From the NCBI RefSeq assembly GCF_013122565.1, contig NZ_CP053258.1: a stretch of DNA of 64,000 nt, one strand, 5' to 3'. Of this stretch, positions 30,967-41,711 are shown piece after piece. The notes beneath the pieces are model-generated. The model made no database searches. It worked only from the letters and a program-made list of their open reading frames with translations, and had not been told where the DNA came from. The position numbers were made by a program, and so were the translations under genes. This DNA is from Escherichia coli. Its GTDB lineage: Bacteria > Pseudomonadota > Gammaproteobacteria > Enterobacterales > Enterobacteriaceae. Positions within the stretch are counted from its first letter, which is position 1, and the number at the start of each line of letters is the position of its first letter.

Positions 30967-31857
30967 GTGCGATATGACGAAGAATTAATGGAGAATGTGA
31001 TGATCAGGCAGAAGATTCTACAGCAGCTCCTGGAGTGGATTGAGTGCAATCTCGAGCACCCTATTTCAATTGAAGATATCGCACAGAAATCTGGCTACAG
31101 CAGACGCAACATCCAGCTTCTGTTCCGAAATTTCATGCATGTGCCTTTGGGAGAATACATTCGCAAACGAAGGCTTTGTCGTGCCGCCATTCTTGTCCGG
31201 CTCACCGCAAAATCTATGCTTGATATTGCACTCTTTTTGCATTTTGATTCACAGCAGTCATTCAGCCGCGAATTTAAAAAGTTATTCGGCTGCTCTCCCC
31301 GTGAATACCGCCACCGTGATTATTGGGATCTCGCAAATATCTTCCCTTCTTTTTTAATACGTCAACAGCAAAAGACGGAGTGTAGATTAGTCAACTTTCC
31401 TGAGACACTTATTTTTGGCAATTCATTTAAATATGACATTGAAGTGTCGAATAAATCACCGGATGAAGAAGTCAAACTGCGACGTCATCATTTAGCCAGA
31501 TGTATGAACAATTTTAAGACGGATATCTATTTCGTCTCCACGTTTGAACCGTCAACAAAATCGGTCGATTTACTCACAGTTGAAACTTTTGCCGGTACGG
31601 TATGTAAACAAACCGATTCAGAGATGCCGAAAGAGTGGACAATTAACCGAGGACTGTATGCATCTTTCCGCTATGAAGGTGAGTGGAAGCACTACCCTGA
31701 ATGGGCGCGAAACCTCTATCTGATGGAATTACCCGCCAGGAGGTTAGCCAGAGTGAACGGCAGTGATATTGAGCGGTTTTATTACAATGAAGATTTCGTA
31801 GAAAAGGATAGCAATGATGTTGTTTGCGAAATATTTATTCCTGTTCGTCCGGTTTAG
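30967..31857 (+). CDS. AraC-family regulator with GyrI-like effector domain (ykgA-like)
   Basis: 296-aa ORF; N-terminal AraC HTH (ISIEDIAQKSGYSRRNIQLLFRN...FDSQQSFSREFKKLFGCSPREYR); true start may be an internal Met. Confidence 0.7.
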   Translation: MRYDEELMENVMIRQKILQQLLEWIECNLEHPISIEDIAQKSGYSRRNIQLLFRNFMHVPLGEYIRKRRLCRAAILVRLTAKSMLDIALFLHFDSQQSFSREFKKLFGCSPREYRHRDYWDLANIFPSFLIRQQQKTECRLVNFPETLIFGNSFKYDIEVSNKSPDEEVKLRRHHLARCMNNFKTDIYFVSTFEPSTKSVDLLTVETFAGTVCKQTDSEMPKEWTINRGLYASFRYEGEWKHYPEWARNLYLMELPARRLARVNGSDIERFYYNEDFVEKDSNDVVCEIFIPVRPV

Positions 31858-31911
31858 CTGTCGCTATATCTAAATGAATTTATAACGAGACTACTGTCAG
31901 GCAATTCAATA

Positions 31912-31944
31912 AATAATGGCGTTGAAGATGTCAACGCCATTATT
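31912..31944. terminator. bidirectional rho-independent terminator between AraC-family gene and eaeH
   Basis: Perfect 14-bp stem aataatggcgttga/tcaacgccattatt, 5-nt loop, T-rich flanks on both strands. Confidence 0.7.
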
Positions 31945-31979
31945 GTTTATTAGAATGCTACTTTCATATCCTTAAAATA

Positions 31980-34900
31980 TTATTTAGCCGCTTCTTCTCC
32001 CTTTGCCGTATCTTCTGCCACGGCGGTAATGGTCACCGTCACTGGCTTCATTTCGTACCCGCCATAGGTCAGGGCGTTAAATGTGAACGTATAGACACCA
32101 GGCTTGCTGGTACTAAATGTACGCGTGATTTTTCCGCTCACGAAATGGTCATTTTTCGACGGCAGGAACTGATAATCCTTCTCCGTCACCCCTTCCGGCG
32201 TCTGAATGTCGACCCACATATTCCCCCCAACGGGGTTGTTTGCCGACATCAGTGTCACCTCCAGCTTCGCAGTCGATTTCCCATCCGCCACCAGAGATTG
32301 CACATCAGATGATGCGGTGAGTACCGCATTTTTATCATCCGCGACGAATTTAGATTCGGCAGTTTTCGTCGATACCTGACCGTTGTTCTGACTCACTTGC
32401 GCCGTGAGTGTATATGTCGCCGCAACAGTAGTGGTAGCGGTGAAAATAGCCTGCCCTTGCTCATTCGTTGTCGCAGTGCCATTCGGTTCCAGGTTTAACG
32501 AAGCCGGGCTGGCAGTCAGCGTCACTTCGCTATCTTTCAACAGGTTGTTATTGGCATCAGTCACCGTAACTTTATACGTTTGTTTGGCTTTGCCGTCCGC
32601 CAGCGCATAGTTGCCAATCACCTCAATACCGGAGACGGTTGCGGTAGCCTTATCGGCTACAAACGTTATAGTCTGCGTATTCGAAGGCTGGCTATTCCCT
32701 GCCGATGCCGTGATCTCATACGTTCCGGCAGTCACTGAAACCACCTGCAACTCTGCTTTCCCCTCATCGTTGGCTTTCACCCAGACATTATCGCCTGTAA
32801 GCGGCTTGACACCCCGGGGCAGATTAAAGGTCACCAGGCTCCCTGGAACAGGGTTACCATTTTTATCCTCAACGGTCGCCGTCAGCGTAAAGGCATCTTT
32901 GCCGTTTGCCACTTTTTGAACGGCGGTGTCTACCTGCAGGTTTGCCTGACCGGTGCTGGCATCCGCGTTGAATTTCACCGTGACCGTCTTCTGAGCACCA
33001 TTCACCGAAGCGGAAATATTGTGTTCTCCCGCAACCGTTGACATAAGCTCAATGTCCACTTTCCCTGCCGCATTGGTTGTTACTGTATTCCCCGTCTTGC
33101 TGGTCACACCCTGCGGTAAAGTCAGCGTAACTTCTTGCCCCTGCAACGGGTTACCATAGCTGTCCACGACGGTCAGGGTTATCTGGTTAGCAGACTGTCC
33201 ATTAGCCAGTTGGTTATTAACCTTCACTGTCATATCACGAATATCAGCCTGAGAAGCGTCCCCTGCAACGTTCAGCACCAGTGGCTGAGCAACAGCATTT
33301 TGGCCGTTCACTCGCGGCATCACAGACAACTGACCCGCAGCCGATCCCAGCGTTAAGGTCGCCACGTAGACCCCATTACCTTTCTCTGTCCAGTTTCCTG
33401 CTGAAGGACGCTCACTCCCCGTGCTGGCGGCACCGCTAAACACTGGTGCATCTGGCTTCAGCCCGGTGACCGGGTTCCCGTACGCATCCTTCACGGTGAA
33501 GGTGAGTTCCGTCGTCGTTTTGACGGTCGGAGCCTTATTGTCCGCAACAAGCGTAGAGTTCGCTGATGACATCTCTCCGGCGATGACCGTCAACTGCGCG
33601 GCTTCGGTGGCTGCTGGCTGGCCGTTGAAGAGCGGCATGACACGAAGCTCGCCCGTCTTTCCGCCTGTAGTCAACGTAGCAACATAGGAACCGTCACCTT
33701 TTTCGGTCCAACTGGAAACGGTCGCCCCTTCAGAGGCGGTCCCCGTCAAACTTGCCGACAACGCAAGACCACTGATAGCGTTGCCATGCGCATCTTTCGC
33801 CACCAGCATCACGGTTGTGCTTTCGCCGGCTTTTACGTGATCTTCTGCGACAGAGACTTTCGACTGGTTTGAAGATAACGCATCAGCCACCACGGTTACT
33901 TTTGCCGCATTTGCTGCCGCATCCTGTCCATTTAGCTTCGGCATAACTTCTAATTCACCCGCCGTAGAGCCGAGAGTAATCTGCGCAGTCCACGTCCCAT
34001 CACCATTATTTGTCCAGCCCGATGCCGTAGAACCTACAGCAGCGGCACCCGCTAATGACGGCGCTTCCGGCGTGAGGCTGGTCACAGGGTTGTCATAGGC
34101 ATCTTTTACCGTCCAGATTGCCGTAACTGTACCCCCAACCACCGGTTTATCAGGATTCAGGGTGATGGACGAATGTGCTGCATCAAGCGGCCCGGCAACA
34201 AACTTCAGCGTTTGTTGTAATGTGCCCAGCTGATACTGCTCGCTGAAGGCACGCACAACAACATTTCCTGCGCGAGTCGAAGAAACCGTAGCGCTGTAAA
34301 CCCCTGGTTTTATTTCCGAAATGGCACCAACGGTAACACCATTAATGTCTTGCGGAACAAGTCGCAGGCGGCTGGCTTCTCCCGTCACCGGATTACCCTC
34401 GGAGTCCACCGCAGTCAACGTCAACGTATAGGCTTGCTGACCATCAGCAACCACGTCACCTGACGGCTCGTTAGCGCTCAGGGTGGAGTTTGCCACATCC
34501 ATCATCGTGGCCCGCAGTTCTGCAGTGACGGTTTTGCTCATGCCATCAACGCTAACAGTAATCGTTGCCTCACCTGACTGCGTTCCGGTAGTAAAGACAG
34601 ACTGATACACCCCTGCTTCAGTTTCGGTGAACTCACCCAGTGTTGGCTTTGCCTGTGATTTAGTGGACTTCAGGGAACGAGTCACAATATTTCCAGCCGG
34701 TTTGAAGGCTAGTTCAGTCTTGATCTGATCTTTCATGCCCGTGACTGGCTGGCCCTCGGCGTCGCGCAGAGACAGCACCAGCGGTCTTTGCTCATTACCG
34801 TTAGCAAGCATTTGAATACGGCTCTGACCGTCAAGCGTTAACGCCGTGCGATCGGCACTCATACCTGCTCCGGTAATGACCACCTCTGTCTGCACGCGTT

Positions 34901-36233
34901 TTGAGGCATTGCCTTTGTTATCGTAGGCAACCGCAGAAATCGCATAATAATTGTCTTTGCCTGCCTGGTAAGCCGGGAGCGTCACTTGCCACTGATTACC
35001 CTGCCCCGTAATTTTTCCGCCTGCGGCCAGCAAAGACGGCGCTTCCCATTGAACATTTTTCAGACCGTGAGTTGCTTTACTCACCACAAGCCCCAGGGAA
35101 ACCGTCTGCCCGCCCTTGCCTTCAATACGTTCAGGCAGAGCAATACGGATCACTTCAGATTTGCGGTACTCAAGAACGATGTTGTTATTACGCTCAACCA
35201 GGTCATAGCGGCTGCCTGCCAGCATTCGACGCTCGCGAATGCTGTCTGTATCGAGTTGTTTTTGCAGAGGTTCGCCAATCCGATAATTAACTTCCAGGCC
35301 AAAGCGAGTGTCATTCTCACCACTCTTGCCCTGCTTATGCCCGGCACTCAGGGTCAGAAGAGGCACTGGCGTATAGGTCACCTCGGCAGAAATAGCATGC
35401 GGGTCTTTCTGGCGTTTATCTTTACCAAACAGCCCGACTTCATCGCCATAATACTGTTCATACATCAGGCTTGCGCCAAGCTGCGGCCAGGCGGGTAAAT
35501 AGCCCTCAGCACGAATATCCCAGCCATTCGCCGGGCGTTCCTGATAATCCTCAACATCCGGCGATTTTTTCCAGCCAGAAGCCCGGATATAACCATTGGC
35601 GCTCAGTTTCAAATAATCACGCCAGTATTCCGCACCAACACCAATGCGGGTATGACTACGGGATAAATCATGGTCGATAAAGGTGTTCACCCCCGCCATC
35701 CAGTCATTTCCTGAAAAATGACGCCAGCCAAAACCAATATTTGACTGAGTGCGATCATCTGTACGATGTATTGCCCCCTGAGTGAACAACATATTTGTCG
35801 GCGTATCATAAATAGGATAAAGCATTTCCAGAGAAGAATCCTTCAGCGAGAAATCTTTATCGACATTGAGTTTGACGCGCGCAGTACCGTATTTCCCGAG
35901 CCACTCCTGTATTTCCTGGTTAGCTTTAGCGGTGGCCATTCCGGTAATAAAGTTACGTGTCGCATCGCTATCTGGCTGACTGCTTAAAAAATTCCCAGCA
36001 TTTGCGGCAAACGACGCGACATTTTTCTCCACATTATTATCAGCAGCTACTGTGGTATTTTCCATGCTCAACCGTGGCTGAACCGCATGCTGCGCGCGTG
36101 CCGCCATTACTGGGGTAAAGGTGACCGCGAGTGGAAAAAGAACCTGAACAGAGATATTTGCCCACGCCACACAGCGGGCCAGAACTGAATAACGAAATCG
36201 TGGTTGTTTATGACCTGTTTTATAACGCGACAT
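31980..36233 (-). CDS. eaeH: intimin/invasin-family outer-membrane adhesin, full length (EaeH/FdeC)
   Basis: 1417-aa ORF; N-terminal beta-barrel region followed by many tandem Ig-like repeats; truncated pseudogene in K-12 as I recall. Confidence 0.85.
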   Translation of the reverse strand: MSRYKTGHKQPRFRYSVLARCVAWANISVQVLFPLAVTFTPVMAARAQHAVQPRLSMENTTVAADNNVEKNVASFAANAGNFLSSQPDSDATRNFITGMATAKANQEIQEWLGKYGTARVKLNVDKDFSLKDSSLEMLYPIYDTPTNMLFTQGAIHRTDDRTQSNIGFGWRHFSGNDWMAGVNTFIDHDLSRSHTRIGVGAEYWRDYLKLSANGYIRASGWKKSPDVEDYQERPANGWDIRAEGYLPAWPQLGASLMYEQYYGDEVGLFGKDKRQKDPHAISAEVTYTPVPLLTLSAGHKQGKSGENDTRFGLEVNYRIGEPLQKQLDTDSIRERRMLAGSRYDLVERNNNIVLEYRKSEVIRIALPERIEGKGGQTVSLGLVVSKATHGLKNVQWEAPSLLAAGGKITGQGNQWQVTLPAYQAGKDNYYAISAVAYDNKGNASKRVQTEVVITGAGMSADRTALTLDGQSRIQMLANGNEQRPLVLSLRDAEGQPVTGMKDQIKTELAFKPAGNIVTRSLKSTKSQAKPTLGEFTETEAGVYQSVFTTGTQSGEATITVSVDGMSKTVTAELRATMMDVANSTLSANEPSGDVVADGQQAYTLTLTAVDSEGNPVTGEASRLRLVPQDINGVTVGAISEIKPGVYSATVSSTRAGNVVVRAFSEQYQLGTLQQTLKFVAGPLDAAHSSITLNPDKPVVGGTVTAIWTVKDAYDNPVTSLTPEAPSLAGAAAVGSTASGWTNNGDGTWTAQITLGSTAGELEVMPKLNGQDAAANAAKVTVVADALSSNQSKVSVAEDHVKAGESTTVMLVAKDAHGNAISGLALSASLTGTASEGATVSSWTEKGDGSYVATLTTGGKTGELRVMPLFNGQPAATEAAQLTVIAGEMSSANSTLVADNKAPTVKTTTELTFTVKDAYGNPVTGLKPDAPVFSGAASTGSERPSAGNWTEKGNGVYVATLTLGSAAGQLSVMPRVNGQNAVAQPLVLNVAGDASQADIRDMTVKVNNQLANGQSANQITLTVVDSYGNPLQGQEVTLTLPQGVTSKTGNTVTTNAAGKVDIELMSTVAGEHNISASVNGAQKTVTVKFNADASTGQANLQVDTAVQKVANGKDAFTLTATVEDKNGNPVPGSLVTFNLPRGVKPLTGDNVWVKANDEGKAELQVVSVTAGTYEITASAGNSQPSNTQTITFVADKATATVSGIEVIGNYALADGKAKQTYKVTVTDANNNLLKDSEVTLTASPASLNLEPNGTATTNEQGQAIFTATTTVAATYTLTAQVSQNNGQVSTKTAESKFVADDKNAVLTASSDVQSLVADGKSTAKLEVTLMSANNPVGGNMWVDIQTPEGVTEKDYQFLPSKNDHFVSGKITRTFSTSKPGVYTFTFNALTYGGYEMKPVTVTITAVAEDTAKGEEAAK

Positions 36234-37128
36234 TGAGATAATTTCCTGATGAACGAATTAACGAACATATGCAGACACAAATAATGGCGTCTGCTTGTCA
36301 GAAAAACCGGGAATTTCCCGGTTTCCTTTTCCGCAGAAAAGGAAATACCTTTATGTAAGAAAGTGCACCGCCACCTAATATATTCAGTGTCTGTAGCCAC
36401 TCATCAGGTGGTTGGGCGCGGGATTATATTTTTATTTATGGGTGAAAATTTAGCTTTTTGTGCAAGTCATTAAAGTATGATTGTCACACTATATTCTCCG
36501 TTTAAATACAGTGAATATATTTTTATTTAAAGTGAATAATGATGTTCTGCTTTTAGTGACCACGATTAGAATTACGCCTAAAGAGGTATATGTTCATAAT
36601 AAGCCAATATTTTTTAAGGGTATTTATTTTCTTTCATCGGGCTATAAAATCCCGAAATATCGGATTTGCACAGCACCGATCAACAGTGCTTAAGCAGGCG
36701 GGTGCTGTTTACGACCAGGATAGTTAAGATAATATCCGGGAAAAGTTGGACATCAGCCCTGTAGAACCTGAATAAGTTCGCCTGACTTTACATAATCATG
36801 AACCGCGTTTTCGGAGCCACAGGCGGTACCAAAGTAAAAGGCTGGTGATGGGTACCTTTAGCCGAATCAGGTAGAAGTCATGAAATTCCCCCCTTAATCC
36901 ACAGCGTGTTCCTGAACTAACCATTCCGGATAGACTATTGGATCAAATTCAGGCATCGAAAGGAACAGGCTGTTTCCCGTTAAGGGATTAATTATCTATT
37001 TTCCTTAATAGATAACTGATGTAATACCTCTATTCAAATTTGTGATACATGTCAAAAAATTGGTTGACCAAACTCGTTATTTATATAAGGACACTTACGA
37101 AGTGCATTTTTAAAGCGAGGAAGTACCA

Positions 37129-37230
37129 ATGAAAGAGAATAAAGTACAGCAAATCAGTCATAAACTGATCAATATCGTTGTTTTTGTTGCAATAGTAGAA
37201 TACGCCTATTTATTTCTCCATTTCTATTAA
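37129..37230 (+). CDS. ykgR: small membrane protein YkgR (33 aa)
   Basis: ATG preceded by GAGGAAG; MKENKVQQISHKLINIVVFVAIVEYAYLFLHFY; not in the ORF track (too short). Confidence 0.6.
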   Translation: MKENKVQQISHKLINIVVFVAIVEYAYLFLHFY

Positions 37231-37290
37231 TAACGGCAATAAACTGTTCACTTTAGTGATATTTAAAATATGCATCCTTTTTCTGCTTTT

Positions 37291-37317
37291 CAAGCTGTTC
37301 AAGCTGTTCAAGCTGTT
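37291..37317. repeat. perfect 9-bp tandem repeat x3 (caagctgtt)
   Basis: caagctgtt caagctgtt caagctgtt followed by partial cag; intergenic. Confidence 0.9.
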
Positions 37318-37657
37318 CAGCGGCGTAAGAGAAAGTATTGAGTATGAATTCGACGATTTAACCATATCTGTTTGATTGGTAATCATCCGTGATTAATGCT
37401 GGTCTATTGATTACGCCAGCATTAACCGCTTAGGGATGTATTCTTCCTGTTCATATACAGCCCTCGAAAAAGAGAGCAAATAAAACTGTGTCCAATATTA
37501 CTCTACCACTCCAGACCGAAGTATCGGTAGAATTAGCAGAACGGCTGGTACAGTAGATTGGGATAGCGTCATTTGTCAGGCATTCCATTGCCATAATAAT
37601 AATTATGAATCAATAGACGTGCTTCTTGATCATGTCTTAAAAATTATACCACGAGCC

Positions 37658-37888
37658 TTATGAAGCATCATTTTTACTGACTGGTGTTAACTTTGCTATC
37701 ATATAAACTCTGTTCTTAAAAAACGCGCCCAGAATTTTATATGATTTTCCTTGTTTTTCTGCCTGTAAAGAAATTTCTTTTTCAGTGCTGTCAATGGTTG
37801 AACCGACGGCAGTAATCGTTTTGGCGACGCTACTGAAAGATAATAAAGACAGTGTCATCACAACAATTAAAGAACAGATAGTATTCAT
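37658..37888 (-). CDS. small secreted protein, DUF1471-like
   Basis: Start at MNTICSLIVVMTLSLLSFSSVA (76 aa); mature part resembles the YahO/BhsA family (TIDSTEKEISLQAEKQGKSYKILG). Confidence 0.5.
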   Translation of the reverse strand: MNTICSLIVVMTLSLLSFSSVAKTITAVGSTIDSTEKEISLQAEKQGKSYKILGAFFKNRVYMIAKLTPVSKNDAS

Positions 37889-38103
37889 GCTAATTCTCCT
37901 GACAATTGAGAGGATGAGTTTTATATACATAGATATTAAACATGAGTCATATTTACTCCAAGAGAAAATACCCCTTCTGTAATTAAACCTTCATCTCCTT
38001 CGGAATGAGTAATGCATAATATAATGCATCTTGCTATGCAAAACAGTGGATATAAATTTTCCTCCCGACCTATTTAATAAAACGTGAATGTAAAAGTTAT
38101 TCT

Positions 38104-38841
38104 TCAGTTTGCAGATGCAGTGGGTCTGATGGTAATTTCGGTTGTATCAACGCTTTCGGGCGATTCAATAATATGCCTTACAGCACGGGCAATATCCGCA
38201 GGTTGAAGTGCAACAGAACGGTAGACATCCATTGCCTTCATGGTTTCCACATGGGTAATGGTTGAAGCCAGTTCACTTTCGACAACGCCAGGATTTACGC
38301 ATGTCACACGGATTTTCGAGCTTTCCTGCCGTAAGCCATCAGAAATAGCCCTTACTGCAAATTTTGATGCGCAATAGACTGCGCCTGTGGGCACAACAGA
38401 AAGGGCACCAATAGAACCAAGATTGATTATCTGACCGGAACCCTGTGCTTCCATCACCGGAAGTACAGCGCCAATTCCCCAAAGTACACCTTTGATATTC
38501 ACGTCTATAGTGAGCTCCCATTCATCCTGTTTTCCTGCTGCAAGCGGTGAAAGCGGCATAACGCCCGCATTATTGATAAGAACATCAACTCGCCCCCAGC
38601 TATCCAGCGCTGCTTGCACGAAATCGGCCATGGACTGTCGGTTTGTGACATCCAACTCCCGCGCTTTAGCAATTCCTCCTGCGCGGCAGATTTCGGTTGC
38701 AATGGCTTCGATACGCTCAACTCTGCGTGCGCCCAGTAAAACCTTTGCACCTGTCGTTCCCAGCGCTCTGGCAATACCTTCCCCAATACCACTTGATGCG
38801 CCGGTAATTAATATGACCTTATCCATTACGTTCTCCTTCAA
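38104..38841 (-). CDS. short-chain dehydrogenase/reductase (SDR)
   Basis: 245-aa ORF; Rossmann motif TGASSGIG, NNAG motif, catalytic YxxxK (YCASK); true start may be MDKVILITG. Confidence 0.85.
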   Translation of the reverse strand: MKENVMDKVILITGASSGIGEGIARALGTTGAKVLLGARRVERIEAIATEICRAGGIAKARELDVTNRQSMADFVQAALDSWGRVDVLINNAGVMPLSPLAAGKQDEWELTIDVNIKGVLWGIGAVLPVMEAQGSGQIINLGSIGALSVVPTGAVYCASKFAVRAISDGLRQESSKIRVTCVNPGVVESELASTITHVETMKAMDVYRSVALQPADIARAVRHIIESPESVDTTEITIRPTASAN

Positions 38842-38924
38842 ATGTGTTCGGAGAGAGAATAGAACTTTATGATTGGTTCCAGTATCCTGCTTTCAATGTA
38901 CTCAGTGGTTAGCGGCATTAAACA

Positions 38925-39824
38925 ATGAAAATCGATCTTAATCTTTTACCCATTTTTATCGCGGTAGCAGAAGAGAGTAATTTTAGTAAAGCCGCCGCAC
39001 GACTGGGCGTTACCCGTTCAGCGGTCAGTCAGGGAATAAGACGCCTTGAAGATGCATTCGGGACAATGCTTGTAATGCGGACCACGCGCTCAGTTAATTT
39101 GACGGAAGCGGGAGAACGGCTGCATAAATCGTTGTCATTACCTTTATCCGGTATTGAGGCAACGTTCGAAGAGATGGTTTCTGACCATGTGCCACGCGGA
39201 CTTCTCAGAATCGCGGTGACGTCGATAGCAGAAGAATTTCTTTCAGGTCCGCTAATCGCTTCGTTTGCAGCTGCCAATCCAGCCGTTACGCTTGATATTG
39301 TTGTAACGGATGAGGAATTCGATATCGTGGCCGCAGGTTACGATGCTGGCGTAAGGCTCGGAGAGGTCATTGAAAAAGACATGATTGCTGTGCCCATTAC
39401 CGGCAGGCAGCGTGAAATGGTCGTTGCCTCTCCCTCCTATCTCGCAGCCAACAGCACTCCTGTTCATCCGCGTGAACTTGTGAATCATAAGTGTATCGGC
39501 TGGCGTCAGTCCCCGGAGGTTGCGCCTTATCGCTGGCCATTTGAAGAAAACGGGAGAGCTTTCGACCTTGCGATTGAACCGCAGATTACGACTAATGATC
39601 TGCGTCTGATGTTGCGGCTGGCTCTTGCCGGTGGAGGAATAACAATTGCCACTCAGGAAACTTTCAGGCCGTATATTGAAAGCGGTAAGCTTGTATCGCT
39701 GCTTGATGACTTTCTTCCACAATTTCCGGGCTTCTATCTGTATTTCCCACAGCGTCGCAATATTGCACCAAAGCTCCGCGCCCTGATTGACCACGTCAAA
39801 GAATGGCGGCAGCAATTGACTTAA
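38925..39824 (+). CDS. LysR-type transcriptional regulator
   Basis: 299 aa; N-terminal HTH (FSKAAARLGVTRSAVSQGIRRLE); divergent from the SDR gene. Confidence 0.85.
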   Translation: MKIDLNLLPIFIAVAEESNFSKAAARLGVTRSAVSQGIRRLEDAFGTMLVMRTTRSVNLTEAGERLHKSLSLPLSGIEATFEEMVSDHVPRGLLRIAVTSIAEEFLSGPLIASFAAANPAVTLDIVVTDEEFDIVAAGYDAGVRLGEVIEKDMIAVPITGRQREMVVASPSYLAANSTPVHPRELVNHKCIGWRQSPEVAPYRWPFEENGRAFDLAIEPQITTNDLRLMLRLALAGGGITIATQETFRPYIESGKLVSLLDDFLPQFPGFYLYFPQRRNIAPKLRALIDHVKEWRQQLT

Positions 39825-40389
39825 ATGTCTGCACCTGCACGGCCTGATGTCAGAACAATATTTTGATGAATTGCCTACACCAGCTAGCCGCAGCACATTC
39901 TTGCATACGACATGTCTGCGGTTTACTTTTCACGCTCAAACCTTATGGTAAAGCACAATAATGATCCCCAGGGCTATATAAATGTTTTGTAATTAGCTCT
40001 TAAGACGAACTTTTCAGACTAACTTCTTTATTCATCCATAATGAAGACTGTATTAGGAAGTTCTCTAAAAACATGAATAACCACTGTCTTACAATGAATT
40101 TAGTTTACAGAACATTCTTATTGAGAAAAAACAACACTGTACACACCCAATAATATAGAAATGTAAATTTAAGTTTATTAATCTTTTGAATTATAATCAT
40201 AACTTTCTGTTAACCATTAGAATATCAATAGATTATAATCACTGAACACACATTTTTATAATTGCTATTCCCACACTCAAAATGCGCATCCCAATATCTT
40301 ATTTGACACTTTGTTGTTTGCTACTAGAGTTAATTGGGTGCTGACAAGGCACATGTTATTTACAAATTGGAAATCAGAGGAGAAATGAT

Positions 40390-40572
40390 ATGACCGAACA
40401 TCGTGGCGGTGCAGGTAATTTCGCTGAAGATCGACAAAAAGCTTCTGACGCAGGTCGTAAAGGTGGCCAACAAAGTGGTGGTAATTTTAAAAACGATCCA
40501 CAAAGAGCATCAGAAGCAGGGAAAAAAGGTGGTCAGAATAGCCATGGCGGCGGTCGTAAATCTGACTCTTAA
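40390..40572 (+). CDS. KGG-repeat stress protein (YciG/YmdF family)
   Basis: 60 aa with repeated GG[NQ]..KKGGQ motifs. Confidence 0.8.
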   Translation: MTEHRGGAGNFAEDRQKASDAGRKGGQQSGGNFKNDPQRASEAGKKGGQNSHGGGRKSDS

Positions 40573-40645
40573 TTTTTCATCTCCCTAAATTCGTGAATAA
40601 CTGCAGCTAACTGCGAGCCTACGGGCTCGCAGGGACAACTCTGGA

Positions 40646-41152
40646 GTGATTATGCAAATTAAATCTGTTGAAGATATCTTCATCCATTTATTATCTGACA
40701 CATATAGTGCTGAGAAACAACTAACCAAGGCACTATCTAAACTTACTCGCTCCGCATATAGTGATAAATTAACCGCTGCTTTTCAGTCACATCTTGATGA
40801 GACACATGGTCAAATTGAACGCATCGACCAGGTTGTTGATTCTGAAGATGGTATTAAACTAAAAAGAATTAAGTGCGCCGCAATGGAAGGCCTTATTGAA
40901 GAGGCGAATGAGGTAATTGAAAGCACTGACAAAAATGAAATACGTGATGCTGCGTTGATTGCAGCAGCACAAAAAGTAGAACACTATGAAATTGCCAGTT
41001 ATGGCACCCTGGTAACACTTGCTGAGCAATTAGGATTTAAAAAAGCGGCTCAACTCCTGAAAGAAACTCTGGAAGAGGAAAAAGCTACTGATGTCAAATT
41101 AACAGACCTGGCATTTAATAATGTTAATAAAAAAGCTCAGGATAACTCCTGA
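40646..41152 (+). CDS. DUF892 ferritin-like protein (YciE/YciF family)
   Basis: 168 aa ...VEDIFIHLLSDTYSAEKQLTKAL...KVEHYEIASYGTL... Confidence 0.8.
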   Translation: MIMQIKSVEDIFIHLLSDTYSAEKQLTKALSKLTRSAYSDKLTAAFQSHLDETHGQIERIDQVVDSEDGIKLKRIKCAAMEGLIEEANEVIESTDKNEIRDAALIAAAQKVEHYEIASYGTLVTLAEQLGFKKAAQLLKETLEEEKATDVKLTDLAFNNVNKKAQDNS

Positions 41153-41186
41153 ACTATAGACTTCACTTTTTTAGGAGAAATATATT

Positions 41187-41693
41187 ATGAATAGCATTGA
41201 ACATTATCATGACTGGCTTCGTGACGCACACGCAATGGAGAAACAAGCGGAATCAATGTTGGAGTCTATGGCCAGCAGGATAGAAAACTATCCTGAGTTA
41301 CGTTCCAGAATTGAGCAGCACATTAGCGAAACAAAGAACCAGCTTTCACAGCTTGAAAGCATACTTGATCGTAATAATATTTCTCGCTCTGTCATTAAAG
41401 ACTCTATGAGTAAAATGGCCGCGTTTGGGCAATCTATTGGTGGAATTTTTCCATCTGATGAAATTGTCAAAGGTTCGATCAGTGGCTATGTTTTTGAACA
41501 ATTTGAAATTGCGTGCTACACATCTCTTCTCGCAGCAGCCAAAAATGCGGGTGATACAGCTTCAGTACCAATTATTGAAGCAATTCTTAATGAAGAAAAA
41601 CAAATGGCTGAATGGCTTCTTAACCATATTCCAGACACCACTGAGCAGTTTATGGTCAGATCTGAAATTGATGGCGCTGAAGCAAAAAAATAA
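41187..41693 (+). CDS. DUF892 ferritin-like protein (YciE/YciF family), second copy
   Basis: 168 aa MNSIEHYHDWLRDAHAMEKQAESML...FEIACYTSLLAAAKNAGD... Confidence 0.8.
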   Translation: MNSIEHYHDWLRDAHAMEKQAESMLESMASRIENYPELRSRIEQHISETKNQLSQLESILDRNNISRSVIKDSMSKMAAFGQSIGGIFPSDEIVKGSISGYVFEQFEIACYTSLLAAAKNAGDTASVPIIEAILNEEKQMAEWLLNHIPDTTEQFMVRSEIDGAEAKK

Positions 41694-41711
41694 TTCTTTA
41701 GAGGAGGAATT

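Noticed and set aside
37291-37317. Possible CRISPR array
   Set aside because: Only three contiguous 9-bp units with no spacers and no cas genes in the window; it is a simple tandem repeat.
37273-37344. 23-aa ORF spanning the 9-bp tandem repeat (MHPFSAFQAVQAVQAVQRRKRKY)
   Set aside because: No ribosome-binding site; the repetitive peptide is a by-product of the DNA repeat. Kept only as a repeat feature.
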